A DNA stretch of 64,000 bases from assembly GCA_002347045.1 (NCBI GenBank), contig DDWV01000001.1, forward strand, positions 355,844-419,843, read 5' to 3'. The translations under genes were made by a program, and so were the position numbers. This stretch comes from Candidatus Collierbacteria bacterium UBA2277 (lineage in GTDB: Bacteria; Patescibacteriota; Microgenomatia; UBA1400; MFAQ01). A model generated the notes under the pieces. It had not been told where the DNA came from. It saw only the letters and a list, made by a program, of their open reading frames with translations, and did not search any database. Below are positions 1 through 9,850 of this stretch, in pieces (within the stretch, counting starts at the first letter, position 1; every line of letters starts with the position of its first letter).

Positions 1-89
1 GTCTGATCTGTAATCCGCCAGTACAGGCTTCATAGGAAATATAAGAAATACAAAGATGAAGGATAGTACTATTTTTGCGAAAGACTTCA

Positions 90-983
90 TTACTTTAAGG
101 ATAACCCTTGCCCTATGAGTTTTTCAACTACGGTTTGCCAGGTTGAAAAATGGAGGTCAAGTTTGTTTTCGGTAAATACTGTTTTTAGGCCTCCGTAAAC
201 AGGGTATCTACTTTTGTTTGCTTGTGTGGCCAAAAAATCAACGATGGAAGCTGACTTAATAAGTGAAGCGTCTCCGCCCAACTGATCTACCGTATAAGAA
301 ATCAACTCAAACGGAGTCGTGGTGTCGGACGCACAGTGGAAAACTCCTGAGCTGTTTGTGTCGATAATTTTTTCGATTGTTTCGGCAACTTCATCTATAA
401 AGGCAATGCAAATTTGTTGGTCATTGAATAACGGATACATTGTGCCGTCCGAGAATTTCTTGAGGGCACCTCGAATGTAATCAAGCTTTGGCTCAAAACG
501 AGAACGAACAGGATAGATGATTCGAAGAACGGTGCTGCCATTACCTAAAATAATTTTTTCTGCTCTGTTTTTTGTCCAGCCGTACCATGTGAGATTTTCA
601 GGGGAGTCAGGTGATTTGTCTGATTCTGCGTATGGTCCAGGAGATTCAACACTTCCTGGAAAGACCATGTCTGTAGAAATATGAATGATGTTTTGGGATG
701 GAAAAGCATCAACTAAGTTTTGGATACCTTTGACATTGATGTTCCAAGCAGATCCGTTTTCATCACCGGTCTGGGTCTCTGCTCCATTGACGTCTGTAAA
801 AGCAGCAAAGTTTACTATCCATTCTGGATTAAATTGATCAATGGATTTTTTGATTGACTCTTTGTTTGTGAGATCAAATTCCGGAAAACTTGGGGTAGAA
901 AATTCATATTTTTTCGCTAGTTCCAAAAAACGAGAACCTACTAACCCGGTTGATCCGGTGACGAGTACTTTTACTTTATTCAT
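90..983 (-). CDS. rmlD: dTDP-4-dehydrorhamnose reductase (RmlD-like NAD-dependent epimerase/reductase)
   Basis: 297 aa. N-terminal Rossmann motif VLVTGSTGLVGS. Lies downstream of rmlB and rmlA in the same orientation. Family call from overall fold motifs; the exact substrate is inference. Confidence 0.75.
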   Translation of the reverse strand: MNKVKVLVTGSTGLVGSRFLELAKKYEFSTPSFPEFDLTNKESIKKSIDQFNPEWIVNFAAFTDVNGAETQTGDENGSAWNINVKGIQNLVDAFPSQNIIHISTDMVFPGSVESPGPYAESDKSPDSPENLTWYGWTKNRAEKIILGNGSTVLRIIYPVRSRFEPKLDYIRGALKKFSDGTMYPLFNDQQICIAFIDEVAETIEKIIDTNSSGVFHCASDTTTPFELISYTVDQLGGDASLIKSASIVDFLATQANKSRYPVYGGLKTVFTENKLDLHFSTWQTVVEKLIGQGLSLK

Positions 984-986
984 TGT

Positions 987-1982
987 TTATTTATAAATTG
1001 ACTCTGACTGCTCTTTTATTGATTTCCACCAGTCTTCATTTTCTTTGTACCAGATTACTGTTTTCTCAAGCCAAGTGTCAAAATCATGTTCAGGCTTCCA
1101 GCCTAGATCCTTGTTTATCTTTGTCCAGTCTACCGCATAACGCCGATCGTGACCTGGTCTGTCTGTGACAAACTCGATTGAGTCTTTTTCGTCTTTTCCG
1201 AGAATCTTGATAACTTTCTGGGCTACTTCAAGGTTGTTTACATCTTCGGACATGCCCCCTACGCAGTATGTGGAGCCTGAAATGGCATTTTTAAAAACCA
1301 TCTCAATTGCTCGACAGTGATCAAAAACATGCAACCAGTCGCGAACATATTTTCCATCGCCGTAAACTTTGACTTTTTGACCAGTGAGAAGGTTGGATAT
1401 CATGCGAGGTAAAAATTTCTCTGGATCTTGAAAGGGACCAAAGTTGTTACTACAGTTGGTGATAGTGACTGGTATTTGAAAAGTGTCATGATAGGCTCTG
1501 ACAATGTGATCTGATGAAGCCTTTGAGGCGGCGTACGGACTGTGAGGATCGTAGCAAGTTTGCTCACTAAATTTTGTGTCGCTGTTCAAAGGAAGTGCGC
1601 CAAAAACTTCATCGGTTGAGACGTGATGAAATTTTTTGATGGCGTATTTTTTGGCCGCCTCAAGAAGAATCTGAGTGCCAAAAATATTTGTTTTTGTAAA
1701 AATAAGAGGATCGAGAATAGATCTATCAACGTGACTTTCAGCGGCAAAATGGATGATAGCATCAACTTTTGATACAACGTTGTCTACTGCGACAGCGTCG
1801 GTGATATCACCTTTTACAAACGAATAGCGAGGATTGTTTTCTACCTTTTTGAGTGACTCTAAGTGACCAGCGTAGGTAAGAAGGTCAAAATTAAGTATTT
1901 CATCGTTAGGATTATTGTCCAACCAGTATTGAATAAAGTTGGAGCCTATGAAGCCAGCACCGCCAGTGACAAGTATTTTCAT
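987..1982 (-). CDS. rmlB: dTDP-glucose 4,6-dehydratase
   Basis: 331 aa. MKILVTGGAGFIGSNF start and YxxxK (YAASKAS) SDR-type catalytic motif. Typical RmlB length and operon context. Confidence 0.9.
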   Translation of the reverse strand: MKILVTGGAGFIGSNFIQYWLDNNPNDEILNFDLLTYAGHLESLKKVENNPRYSFVKGDITDAVAVDNVVSKVDAIIHFAAESHVDRSILDPLIFTKTNIFGTQILLEAAKKYAIKKFHHVSTDEVFGALPLNSDTKFSEQTCYDPHSPYAASKASSDHIVRAYHDTFQIPVTITNCSNNFGPFQDPEKFLPRMISNLLTGQKVKVYGDGKYVRDWLHVFDHCRAIEMVFKNAISGSTYCVGGMSEDVNNLEVAQKVIKILGKDEKDSIEFVTDRPGHDRRYAVDWTKINKDLGWKPEHDFDTWLEKTVIWYKENEDWWKSIKEQSESIYK

Positions 1983-1984
1983 AT

Positions 1985-2719
1985 TTAGTTATTTTTTGAT
2001 TTTTCTGACATATGGATTCCGGCACTAAGTAGACTGTCAAAAGTACCAGCGTCTTCCCAGTAACTATCGAAGACACAGGCTTTGAACTCTCCCATCTCAA
2101 GATAGGTGTTGTTTACGCTTGGATTGCCACTTATCTCCAGTTCTCCTCTTCCGGAAGGCTTAAGGTTTTTGGCTATCTCTACAACTCGATGATCGTATGT
2201 GTACAGACCGACGGAAACAAACATCGATTTTGGATGTTCTGGCTTTTCTTCGATGGAGATGACATTGTTCTTTTCATCGAGCTCAACAACTCCTAGCCTT
2301 TTGACATCTTCGAGTTTTTTGAGTTCCTTGACGTAGATTTGTCCACCGGACTTAAATGCCTTGATTTGCTCTGAGAAGTCTTGGTCAAAAATATTGTCTC
2401 CGAGAACCATGGTAACATCATCGTTGTCGATGAAGTCTTCACCAATAATAAAGGCTTCTGCCAGCCCCTTTGGTTCTTTTTGGATAGCATAACTAAAATG
2501 AGCTCCAAACTGTTCACCCGTACCTAAAAGATTTAAAAATAGGCCTGAGTTTTCGGGAGCTAAGATAATGAGGATATCTTTGATGCCTGCCTTGATAAGA
2601 GTTTCAATTGGGTAGTAAATCATGGGCTTGTCGTAGATCGGCAAGAGTTGCTTACTAATTACCCAGGTAAGTGGCCTTAGGCGAGTGGCTCGACCTCCGG
2701 CAAGAATAATTCCTTTCAT
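1985..2719 (-). CDS. rmlA: glucose-1-phosphate thymidylyltransferase (short form)
   Basis: 244 aa. MKGIILAGGRATRLRPLT nucleotidyltransferase signature. Adjacent to rmlB/rmlD. Confidence 0.85.
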   Translation of the reverse strand: MKGIILAGGRATRLRPLTWVISKQLLPIYDKPMIYYPIETLIKAGIKDILIILAPENSGLFLNLLGTGEQFGAHFSYAIQKEPKGLAEAFIIGEDFIDNDDVTMVLGDNIFDQDFSEQIKAFKSGGQIYVKELKKLEDVKRLGVVELDEKNNVISIEEKPEHPKSMFVSVGLYTYDHRVVEIAKNLKPSGRGELEISGNPSVNNTYLEMGEFKACVFDSYWEDAGTFDSLLSAGIHMSEKSKNN

Positions 2720-2749
2720 AGACTGTTATTATACAACTGGTAATTGTGG

Positions 2750-3004
2750 TTATTTTAATAAACCTATAACTAAAATGCTTCCAAGAAGTGAAAATGCTGC
2801 ATATTCTAGAACGACTTTTGTCTCTAAAGTATGCTCTTTTGCGTGATGAAGAACGCCCCATATTATATATAGTATGGAAAAACTAATAATTATCACTTCC
2901 TGAATAGATTTATTGCCATTGAAATATAAGACCAGAATTACTGCGATCGAAGATATTAAAGTTAAGAGGAGATAGTCAAAAATATTTTTATTTCGCTTTT
3001 TCAT
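2750..3004 (-). CDS. small hypothetical membrane protein
   Basis: 84 aa with two hydrophobic helices. Overlaps the start of the CAP-domain gene by 4 nt, which suggests an operon. Confidence 0.4.
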   Translation of the reverse strand: MKKRNKNIFDYLLLTLISSIAVILVLYFNGNKSIQEVIIISFSILYIIWGVLHHAKEHTLETKVVLEYAAFSLLGSILVIGLLK

Positions 3005-3837
3005 AGGACAATTCCCTGACGAATAATGATAAGGATGATGGCTAGTGCGGCAAAGTACGTAAGGTGAGCCCAGGTTTTTCCAGAGATGCGAATAATGTTG
3101 TAGCGAAGAACAAATATCCAGTCAAGACTAAGGGCAAACACAATCAAGACCACAAAAGCCAGTGACCAGGCTCGAGAAAGATCCATGGGGGAAAGACCTG
3201 ACTCTGGAATGAGTTTTTCTTCTGCAAGAACCGTACTGACAACATTACTTGAGGCTATTCTAGCAACTGATGGTTGCTGAGTGGAGCCGAACATCTGAAC
3301 AACAAGAGTAGTTTCAACTCCGTTTATATATCCGTCCACAACGGCAATGCCGATGTCATGATAGCGGTCATCTAAGAGATTTTTGCGATGAGTGGGCGAG
3401 GCCATCCAGGCTTTGACAACATCTGTGGGATTGCTAAAGTCACGAGCTAGATTTTCGCCTGCGTGTAGATACTTGTAGCCTGAGCCAGTAACAAAGTACC
3501 ATGGCTCGGTACCAGTTGGACTTACGTGTGCCCAGTAATTGTTTTCAAACATGTCGGTTGCTTTGGCTAAAGCGGCTTGATTCAGGGCTGAGTTGTATTT
3601 GAGGGTGGAAACTCCAGCATTGAGACGCTCTTTGTTGGTTAGCTCTATTACAATGTCGGGGCTGATTTGAGAGGCGTAGCCAAGAACGCCTGGCTTGAGA
3701 CCAACGGTGATATCTACAATGGATCGGCCCATGATAAAGAGACCAATTAGTATCACTATCGACCTAGGCCATAAGATTTTTGCCTTGTGGTTGTTGTGAG
3801 GGTGAGGTGCAAAAAGAGTAATAATCGAGTGTGCCAT
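3001..3837 (-). CDS. CAP (SCP/PR-1/YkwD-like) domain membrane protein
   Basis: 278 aa. N-terminal TM segment. CAP hallmark ...VKAWMASPTHRKNLLDDRYHDIGIAVV. C-terminal TM helices. Confidence 0.7.
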   Translation of the reverse strand: MAHSIITLFAPHPHNNHKAKILWPRSIVILIGLFIMGRSIVDITVGLKPGVLGYASQISPDIVIELTNKERLNAGVSTLKYNSALNQAALAKATDMFENNYWAHVSPTGTEPWYFVTGSGYKYLHAGENLARDFSNPTDVVKAWMASPTHRKNLLDDRYHDIGIAVVDGYINGVETTLVVQMFGSTQQPSVARIASSNVVSTVLAEEKLIPESGLSPMDLSRAWSLAFVVLIVFALSLDWIFVLRYNIIRISGKTWAHLTYFAALAIILIIIRQGIVL

Positions 3838-3964
3838 AACTTACTTCATTATAAGAGCTTTCTCTGTCTCTTTACAACAACCGCGTTTTATTAAAGTATC
3901 CAGATCTTTTTTTCTCTAAGAAACCCTAGTTACTTCGCCACTTTGCTGGACTTCGATCTCAAGG

Positions 3965-4528
3965 CTACTTAGCTAAAATGATATATCTTTTTAGATCTGT
4001 TCCTGGAGGATAACAAGTCATGAGAGTTACTTGAGAGGCGTCAGATTTTCCGAGTAAATACTGCACTTCATTGGGGTCAACAATCTTTTTTTCAACGACG
4101 TGATAATCAAAACGATCATCCTCGTAATAAAGAGTTATTGTGTCCCCTATCTCAAGTTTTGGAAGGAGATAAAAAATGGAGTTGAAACGAACGGCTTCAT
4201 AAAAATTTTCTGAAGAATGAGAAAATATAAAAATATTTCCATTTTTTCCTGGAAGAGCGGTTCCGAGGGCGTGAGCTACTCCCTGAGTAAGTGCTTTCTG
4301 ATAAATATCGGAGTTATTGGGGTCTACGTTTTTAATTACTTTAGAGTTGATACCCAACTTGGGAATAACGATTCCAAAATCTGGGTAAAGAGGGGTGATT
4401 TCTTCATCTTCAAATCCACCTTTTTTTCTTGTCTGAAATTTTATTTCATCACGTGCCAAAGGAAAAAAGGTTGCGACAAGGATTGTAATAGAAATAGCAA
4501 TCAATAAAAACCCAAGTATCTTTTTCAT
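3965..4528 (-). CDS. sortase (cysteine transpeptidase)
   Basis: 187 aa. N-terminal TM anchor. Conserved His (IFIFSHSS), catalytic TLMTCYP Cys motif and downstream Arg (KRYIIL). Adjacent to an LPATG protein. Confidence 0.75.
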   Translation of the reverse strand: MKKILGFLLIAISITILVATFFPLARDEIKFQTRKKGGFEDEEITPLYPDFGIVIPKLGINSKVIKNVDPNNSDIYQKALTQGVAHALGTALPGKNGNIFIFSHSSENFYEAVRFNSIFYLLPKLEIGDTITLYYEDDRFDYHVVEKKIVDPNEVQYLLGKSDASQVTLMTCYPPGTDLKRYIILAK

Positions 4529-4534
4529 CTACCT

Positions 4535-5488
4535 CTATTGTGCGCGTTTTTTTGATCGAAAGAAAAAGTAACCCCCAATGACAACTAAGGCGACCAAAAA
4601 CCATCTATAATCAAATTTTTTAGAAGTTTCAGTACCTAGAACCTCAGGTGTTTCAGACTCTGTTGAGGGGGCCTCGGTACCATCTTCTAAGGTAATTGTC
4701 GACTCATCCTGTGGAGTAGTTTTATCTTCAGAAACTTGAGAGCCATCTCCAGCAAGTAGAGCACCTTGAGCGTTGGTTTCTGTTGTGATAGTTCCTGTTG
4801 TGGAAGTTGTAGATACTGTAGTGACTGTACTGCTGTCGCCTGTTGTACCGGATACATTGTCTGAGCTATCAACAGCTCTAATTACGTAGAAATACTCTTT
4901 TCCGCAAGAGGGTACACTATTGATGAAGCTTCCCTCTGTGTTTGGCCCGATGTTTTGTGAGGCAACTCTCCCGCCAGAGTCGAGAGATATGTTTTTTGTG
5001 TCTGATCTAAATAATTCTACTTTTACTGTTCTTCCATCGTCCGCAGTTTTAAACTTTATTTTGTAATCACAGTCATTAAGTCTTTCTTTGGAGTAGGAAC
5101 CTGGGGTACTTGGATAGTTTTTGTTGTAATCGATAGAGACAGTGTTGCTGACCACTCCATTGGCTTCAACATAGAATTTATATTCTCCGGCGTTACTTAA
5201 AATGCTACTGTCAACACTACAGTAATCGGTGTTTCCTCCTGGAATTAGAGTCTTACTGTCAAATTTTACATATGAACTATCCGAAGAATACTTTTTATAG
5301 CAATCGACAGTAATGTTTGCTGTTCCACCGACTTCGAGGGCAACAAAAGTAAGCTTAAGGTTATTCTGGTTCGTTGGTGTTTTTGGCTGGCCAAGCCTAA
5401 CTGAGATATTTGCCGCCCCAAAACTAACTGAAGGTATCATTAAGCCTAAAGCTGTTAGAGCAGTGAGAAAGAATAGTTTTAGTTTCAT
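4535..5488 (-). CDS. secreted surface protein with C-terminal TM anchor and basic tail
   Basis: 317 aa. Signal peptide MKLKLFFLTALTALGLMIPSVSFGA. Ser/Thr-rich region. C-terminal hydrophobic segment plus RSKKRAQ. No canonical LPXTG seen (..VLGTETSKK..). Confidence 0.6.
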   Translation of the reverse strand: MKLKLFFLTALTALGLMIPSVSFGAANISVRLGQPKTPTNQNNLKLTFVALEVGGTANITVDCYKKYSSDSSYVKFDSKTLIPGGNTDYCSVDSSILSNAGEYKFYVEANGVVSNTVSIDYNKNYPSTPGSYSKERLNDCDYKIKFKTADDGRTVKVELFRSDTKNISLDSGGRVASQNIGPNTEGSFINSVPSCGKEYFYVIRAVDSSDNVSGTTGDSSTVTTVSTTSTTGTITTETNAQGALLAGDGSQVSEDKTTPQDESTITLEDGTEAPSTESETPEVLGTETSKKFDYRWFLVALVVIGGYFFFRSKKRAQ

Positions 5489-8400
5489 TTATTTTTTGTT
5501 TGATGACTTAATAAATCTGATTCCGTATACCAAACAGACTAGGGCAAGCATAGACCAAGCTGGAGAAGCTCCTGTTGCTGGAAGGCTAGTTGAAGCACCG
5601 AGGACTTCACCTTCAACTTTTTTCTCTACATCGTAGGTTCCGCCATTGGTTTGATCCTTAATGACTTCAACGTCTGTACCGACGTTGTTTTCGTTAACAT
5701 ACTCGGAGTTTTCACCTAGAGCTAGAAAGGAAAGTCCTTGGTCGTAGGCGTCATCAGCAACAGCCCAGGCAAGGTCGGAATAGATTCCTGGATTAATATC
5801 TGAGGTAATGCTGGCTGTGTACTTGATAGTAATGGTGTCATCTTTTTCGTAATCACCTAAATTCCAGACACCTGGGGAGTGATACTCTGGATCACTGGCC
5901 AAAGTAACCGGTGCTGATCCTTTCATGACAGAGTATGATCCACTAAAAGAAAAACCATTTGGGAGAAGATCTGTGAGCTTTAGATTACGAACATTATTGT
6001 CTAACACTTTTATGGTAATGGTGTGTTCAACTGAAGATCCTGGAGATAAAGGTGAGGTAGCGTTGTTTGATCTACTGATTAGTAGTCTGGCGTCAACTTG
6101 CTTATTCCCAAAGTTGTATTCAGGACCAACTACTGCATTTTTTGAGATGATAAATCTACTTGAGTTTTGATCTGGAAGATTTACTTGGTGACAGGCTGGA
6201 TTAGGAAATGTCTGAGCCCAGCCTGATTTAAGCTCTTCGCACACTTCGTACTGACCTGGAAGTAGTCCTTCGAACCAGTACCAACCGAAATGTTTGTCTC
6301 CAGAATCAGTGACCTTGGTGTCGAAAAGTTCTTTTGTTGTTCCCTCGTCGCTCTCGGTTAATTTGTATAGATTGATTGTCCAGTCTGATAAAAGTGGTTC
6401 GGGAGTACAAACATAGTCACCTTCCACTACTCTCTCTAAGGACTGATCACAGGTTTGACGCATACCATCTCCATTAATATCACTCCACTTGAAACCATGA
6501 ATTGATCCTAAAACATATTGATTAAGAATTACGAGAGTTCTATTTGGACCAGCATCTAGCGCGAGATTGATTTCTCCATTTGAGTTGGTGTCGGCACCAT
6601 AAGTATAAAAATCATTAAGTGAATTTACAATCTCTGTATATTGATCATTGTACAGAGCGGTTTGCCAACCAGTTGAACCAGAGATTACCTCTTGGCTGTA
6701 AGTATAGTTGTCAATTGCAAGACCACTGTAAGTGATACAGTAGGCGTCGTCGCTTTCTGAGCTTGCTAGAAGCTTGGTGTTGGGGGTAAATCCTGATGTA
6801 AAGACAGTATCAGCTAAGCCTTTGTTCCAGTCAATAGTAAAGGTGCTGCTGCCCATTTCTGAACCATTGACAATATTTCTTTCGCCATCGATGATCATTT
6901 TACAGACCTTTATGGATCCGGTTGGTTTCGAAACCGTAAAGGTGTCTTCTGCATAACCAAAATAAACCCAATTGTTTGAATTTGAACAATTATTGTCACA
7001 TCTGCCAACTTGAATTTTCCAGGTACCGAGAGGAGCATTTGAAGGTAGTGAATAATCGCAAGTCACTGAGGAAGAATTAGTGTAATTACATGTTTTAGCC
7101 ACACTACCATTTGAGTCAATGTATCGAAGGCGCATGTTGGCTGCTGTACTTCGAGTTCCTTTTCCATAGACTGTTTGTCCGGTTATAAAATCATCCTTGG
7201 GGGTGGAATAAGTGTTTGAGCTATAAGTATCAACTGTATATGAGACTGCCGGAACAACACAGTTGTTTTCCCATATAGCTTGACCTTGTGTATCCCAGTT
7301 TAATCCGGGGTAGTATCCTCCGTAATATGAAAATGGAGGAATAATATCATTACTGTGACCTCCGTGACCAGTAGCACCTACGACAGAGTCATCATCTACC
7401 GTGAGATTTTGATAGTTTCCAGAGGCCCCAGAAGCGTGACAGACACGAACTTCTACATGTTGGATTTCTGTATATGAAACTACTACCCTGATAGTACCAA
7501 TGCGAACATTTGTGTTACCAACCTTGAGTACACCAATTTCAAGATTAGTATCATTTTTTTTAACAAAATCTGGAATATCAATTATTTGATCTCGTGCTGT
7601 ACAACCACTAAAACTTGTTGTTGCAAGGTTATAGCTCGCATCAGTATTTGTAGATCCAACACGAACAAATGTTTTATATGTTCCACCTATTGAACCACTA
7701 GCGCGGTCAGTGACATATATTCGAACACTGGTAACTGTGCTATTGTTTGGGATAGAAGATAGATTTATCTTAACTGATTCCCGATTCCCATTATGGTTAC
7801 TGGCAATATTGTCATTCCCGTCACTTTCTCCACACCGAGGAGTTCCATTTTCATCAACGTCACTTTCATCACCATTCCATTGATTATAAAATCCCTGTCC
7901 ATCAGGATAAAGTGTTCCAGTCGCAGCATCGGTGAAATCGTATGACGCAACAATTGATCCGTTGGTATCAGTAGCTTCGATCGTGTAATTTGGGCGGTAG
8001 TTGCCATCGAGAGTGAAGGAGAAAGAAATGTTGCCGTTTTCGTCTGAAGTTACTGTGGGATTGTAAATAAAGACTGGGTTGTCTAAAGAAGTGATCCTTA
8101 ATGTATAAGTCGTGTTAGGGAGGAAATTGATACCGGTGATGTAAACTGTGTCGGTTGGAAAGTAGTCTGGTTTGTCGGTTGTAAGTGTGGGTGAGACTTC
8201 AGAGATAGTAGACTGTCCGAGTTGAGCTACAACCGTATACTGTTCAGATAAGGACATGGTTGGGGAAGTTTCAGGCTCAGAAGAAGTGGAGTCGATAGAA
8301 GAAGGTTGCTGTTCATCTGACTGGGAAGGATCATCATTGGTTTCTGCTGGTGTTGACTCGGGAGATGTTTCGGGTGTGGTTTCAGGAACGATGGTTGGTT

Positions 8401-8599
8401 CTGGGGTAGTTTCCGGGTTTTGGTCGGGTGTGACTTCGGACGTGGTTTCCTGAGTTGGAGATTGCTCCACAATAACAGACTCAGAGGCAATATCTTCGGC
8501 ATAAACAGGCAAAGCTAGGGTAAGGGGAACAAAGGATTGAAGGGCTAGGCTAAAACAAGTAACTAAGGAAACTAATCTTCTTAGTTTTAGGAGTTTCAT
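5489..8599 (-). CDS. large LPXTG-anchored cell-surface protein (sortase substrate)
   Basis: 1036 aa. Signal peptide. Acidic Thr/Pro/Ser/Glu-rich linker. Long Cys- and Asn/Thr-rich body. C-terminal LPATG followed by a hydrophobic stretch and KSSNKK tail. Confidence 0.8.
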   Translation of the reverse strand: MKLLKLRRLVSLVTCFSLALQSFVPLTLALPVYAEDIASESVIVEQSPTQETTSEVTPDQNPETTPEPTIVPETTPETSPESTPAETNDDPSQSDEQQPSSIDSTSSEPETSPTMSLSEQYTVVAQLGQSTISEVSPTLTTDKPDYFPTDTVYITGINFLPNTTYTLRITSLDNPVFIYNPTVTSDENGNISFSFTLDGNYRPNYTIEATDTNGSIVASYDFTDAATGTLYPDGQGFYNQWNGDESDVDENGTPRCGESDGNDNIASNHNGNRESVKINLSSIPNNSTVTSVRIYVTDRASGSIGGTYKTFVRVGSTNTDASYNLATTSFSGCTARDQIIDIPDFVKKNDTNLEIGVLKVGNTNVRIGTIRVVVSYTEIQHVEVRVCHASGASGNYQNLTVDDDSVVGATGHGGHSNDIIPPFSYYGGYYPGLNWDTQGQAIWENNCVVPAVSYTVDTYSSNTYSTPKDDFITGQTVYGKGTRSTAANMRLRYIDSNGSVAKTCNYTNSSSVTCDYSLPSNAPLGTWKIQVGRCDNNCSNSNNWVYFGYAEDTFTVSKPTGSIKVCKMIIDGERNIVNGSEMGSSTFTIDWNKGLADTVFTSGFTPNTKLLASSESDDAYCITYSGLAIDNYTYSQEVISGSTGWQTALYNDQYTEIVNSLNDFYTYGADTNSNGEINLALDAGPNRTLVILNQYVLGSIHGFKWSDINGDGMRQTCDQSLERVVEGDYVCTPEPLLSDWTINLYKLTESDEGTTKELFDTKVTDSGDKHFGWYWFEGLLPGQYEVCEELKSGWAQTFPNPACHQVNLPDQNSSRFIISKNAVVGPEYNFGNKQVDARLLISRSNNATSPLSPGSSVEHTITIKVLDNNVRNLKLTDLLPNGFSFSGSYSVMKGSAPVTLASDPEYHSPGVWNLGDYEKDDTITIKYTASITSDINPGIYSDLAWAVADDAYDQGLSFLALGENSEYVNENNVGTDVEVIKDQTNGGTYDVEKKVEGEVLGASTSLPATGASPAWSMLALVCLVYGIRFIKSSNKK

Positions 8600-8733
8600 T
8601 GATTTTATTTAACAGTTTTACTGATCTAATATTTAGACCGGTTTCACTATTAGCTCCCTTATATCCAAAGTGACCATGTAAGGATATAGATCAATGCTCT
8701 CTAGGACGTATTGTACAGCTGGCCACAAGAATG

Positions 8734-9060
8734 TCAACTATCTTTCTTTTGAGTGATTGAGGGTGGAGAAGAGTAGATAGGTTCTACAGGAGTCATTGAA
8801 CCGTTTACTTTTATATCTAGGCCAAAACCTAGAGCATTGGCAATGCTGACTCCGACGCGAGTACCAGTGAAGGACCCAGGACCAGGGTTTACTTCTATGT
8901 CATCAATGTCTTCTGGACGAATATTTTCTTGCTCTAAACAGTGAATCAGAAACCCTAAAACATCTTGATCTCTGGGTGACTCAACATTTTTGACATATTC
9001 GTTGTCGTTGACTCTTATAACTGCTTTGGTGTTGTCTGTGGAGTCTATGTATATTCTCAT
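8734..9060 (-). CDS. tsaB: tRNA t6A biosynthesis protein TsaB, minimal N-terminal-domain-only form
   Basis: 108 aa. MRIYIDSTDN...GPGSFTGTRVGVSIANALG, the YeaZ/TsaB N-domain motif. Immediately downstream of tsaE. Confidence 0.65.
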   Translation of the reverse strand: MRIYIDSTDNTKAVIRVNDNEYVKNVESPRDQDVLGFLIHCLEQENIRPEDIDDIEVNPGPGSFTGTRVGVSIANALGFGLDIKVNGSMTPVEPIYSSPPSITQKKDS

Positions 9061-9061
9061 T

Positions 9062-9499
9062 TTATTTTTGCTCCTTTACTATTATCTCTCTTTCATTTTC
9101 ACTCTTGGCCTTAAGATGTACGTCAAAACGTTTTTTGGGTAAAAAATTTTTGAGTTTTTCTGGCCACTCTATAACTAATAGGTTCTCTGGATCTGACCAG
9201 ATCTCCTCAAGGTCAAAAGCCCTGATTTCTTCCAAGGAGTCGAGACGATAGAGATCAAGATGAAAAAAGGTTTTGATAGCTGGATGATTTGTAACTGGAT
9301 ACTGACGCATAATCATAAATGTAGGAGAGACTACTCTGTCTACACCAAGGTATTTTCCAATCCCTTGAGCAAACGTAGTCTTACCTGCAGCTAAGTCGCC
9401 ATACAAACAAAAAATTGCTCCTTGTTTTAGCTTTTGAACTAAGTTCTCGGCTATTTCCCTGGTTTCTTCGAATGAAGTGGAGATAAAAGTGGTTTCCAT
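9062..9499 (-). CDS. tsaE: tRNA t6A biosynthesis ATPase TsaE
   Basis: 145 aa. Walker A GDLAAGKTTF. Overall YjeE-like pattern. Confidence 0.8.
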   Translation of the reverse strand: METTFISTSFEETREIAENLVQKLKQGAIFCLYGDLAAGKTTFAQGIGKYLGVDRVVSPTFMIMRQYPVTNHPAIKTFFHLDLYRLDSLEEIRAFDLEEIWSDPENLLVIEWPEKLKNFLPKKRFDVHLKAKSENEREIIVKEQK

Positions 9500-9840
9500 A
9501 AATTTAATTTTACAATCAAGATGCTTGTAGTGATGATCCCGAGTGCGTCGATACCGACGTCTCTCAGGCGACCGGTTCTCCCCGGTACCAATAACTGATG
9601 AATTTCATCGGTGAAAGCGTAAATCAATGAAAATATAATTGCTTTTGTGGGATTTTTTTCTCCTATGGCTCTATACCAAAGGATAAAAAGGATAGAGTAC
9701 TCTAAAAAATGGGCCGTTTTTTTGAAAATGAAGTCTACAACATCGATATCGTTTGAAGGTAGCTCGGGAATTGATGAGACAACATATATCAGAACCATCC
9801 AAAGAACGACAGGAAGGAAACGGCTAATTTTTTGAGGCAT
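9451..9840 (-). CDS. VanZ-like family membrane protein
   Basis: 129 aa. KKTAHFLEYSILFILWY VanZ signature. 3-4 TM helices. The ORF overlaps tsaE by 49 nt, so the true start may be downstream. Confidence 0.55.
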   Translation of the reverse strand: MPQKISRFLPVVLWMVLIYVVSSIPELPSNDIDVVDFIFKKTAHFLEYSILFILWYRAIGEKNPTKAIIFSLIYAFTDEIHQLLVPGRTGRLRDVGIDALGIITTSILIVKLNLWKPLLSPLHSKKPGK

Positions 9841-9850
9841 CTTTGGTATT

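Noticed and set aside
983-1168. Small antisense ORFs within the rml genes, SecA, Lon and others (983-1168, 1586-1777, 23335-23794, 57662-58327 and similar)
   Set aside because: Each lies inside a strongly supported gene on the opposite strand or in an alternate frame, and has low-complexity composition.
8227-8502. Repetitive gg/tt-rich DNA suggesting a repeat array
   Set aside because: It encodes the acidic Thr/Pro/Ser/Glu low-complexity stalk of the 1036-aa surface protein on the minus strand. It has no CRISPR-like repeat-spacer periodicity. I found no CRISPR arrays anywhere in the window.
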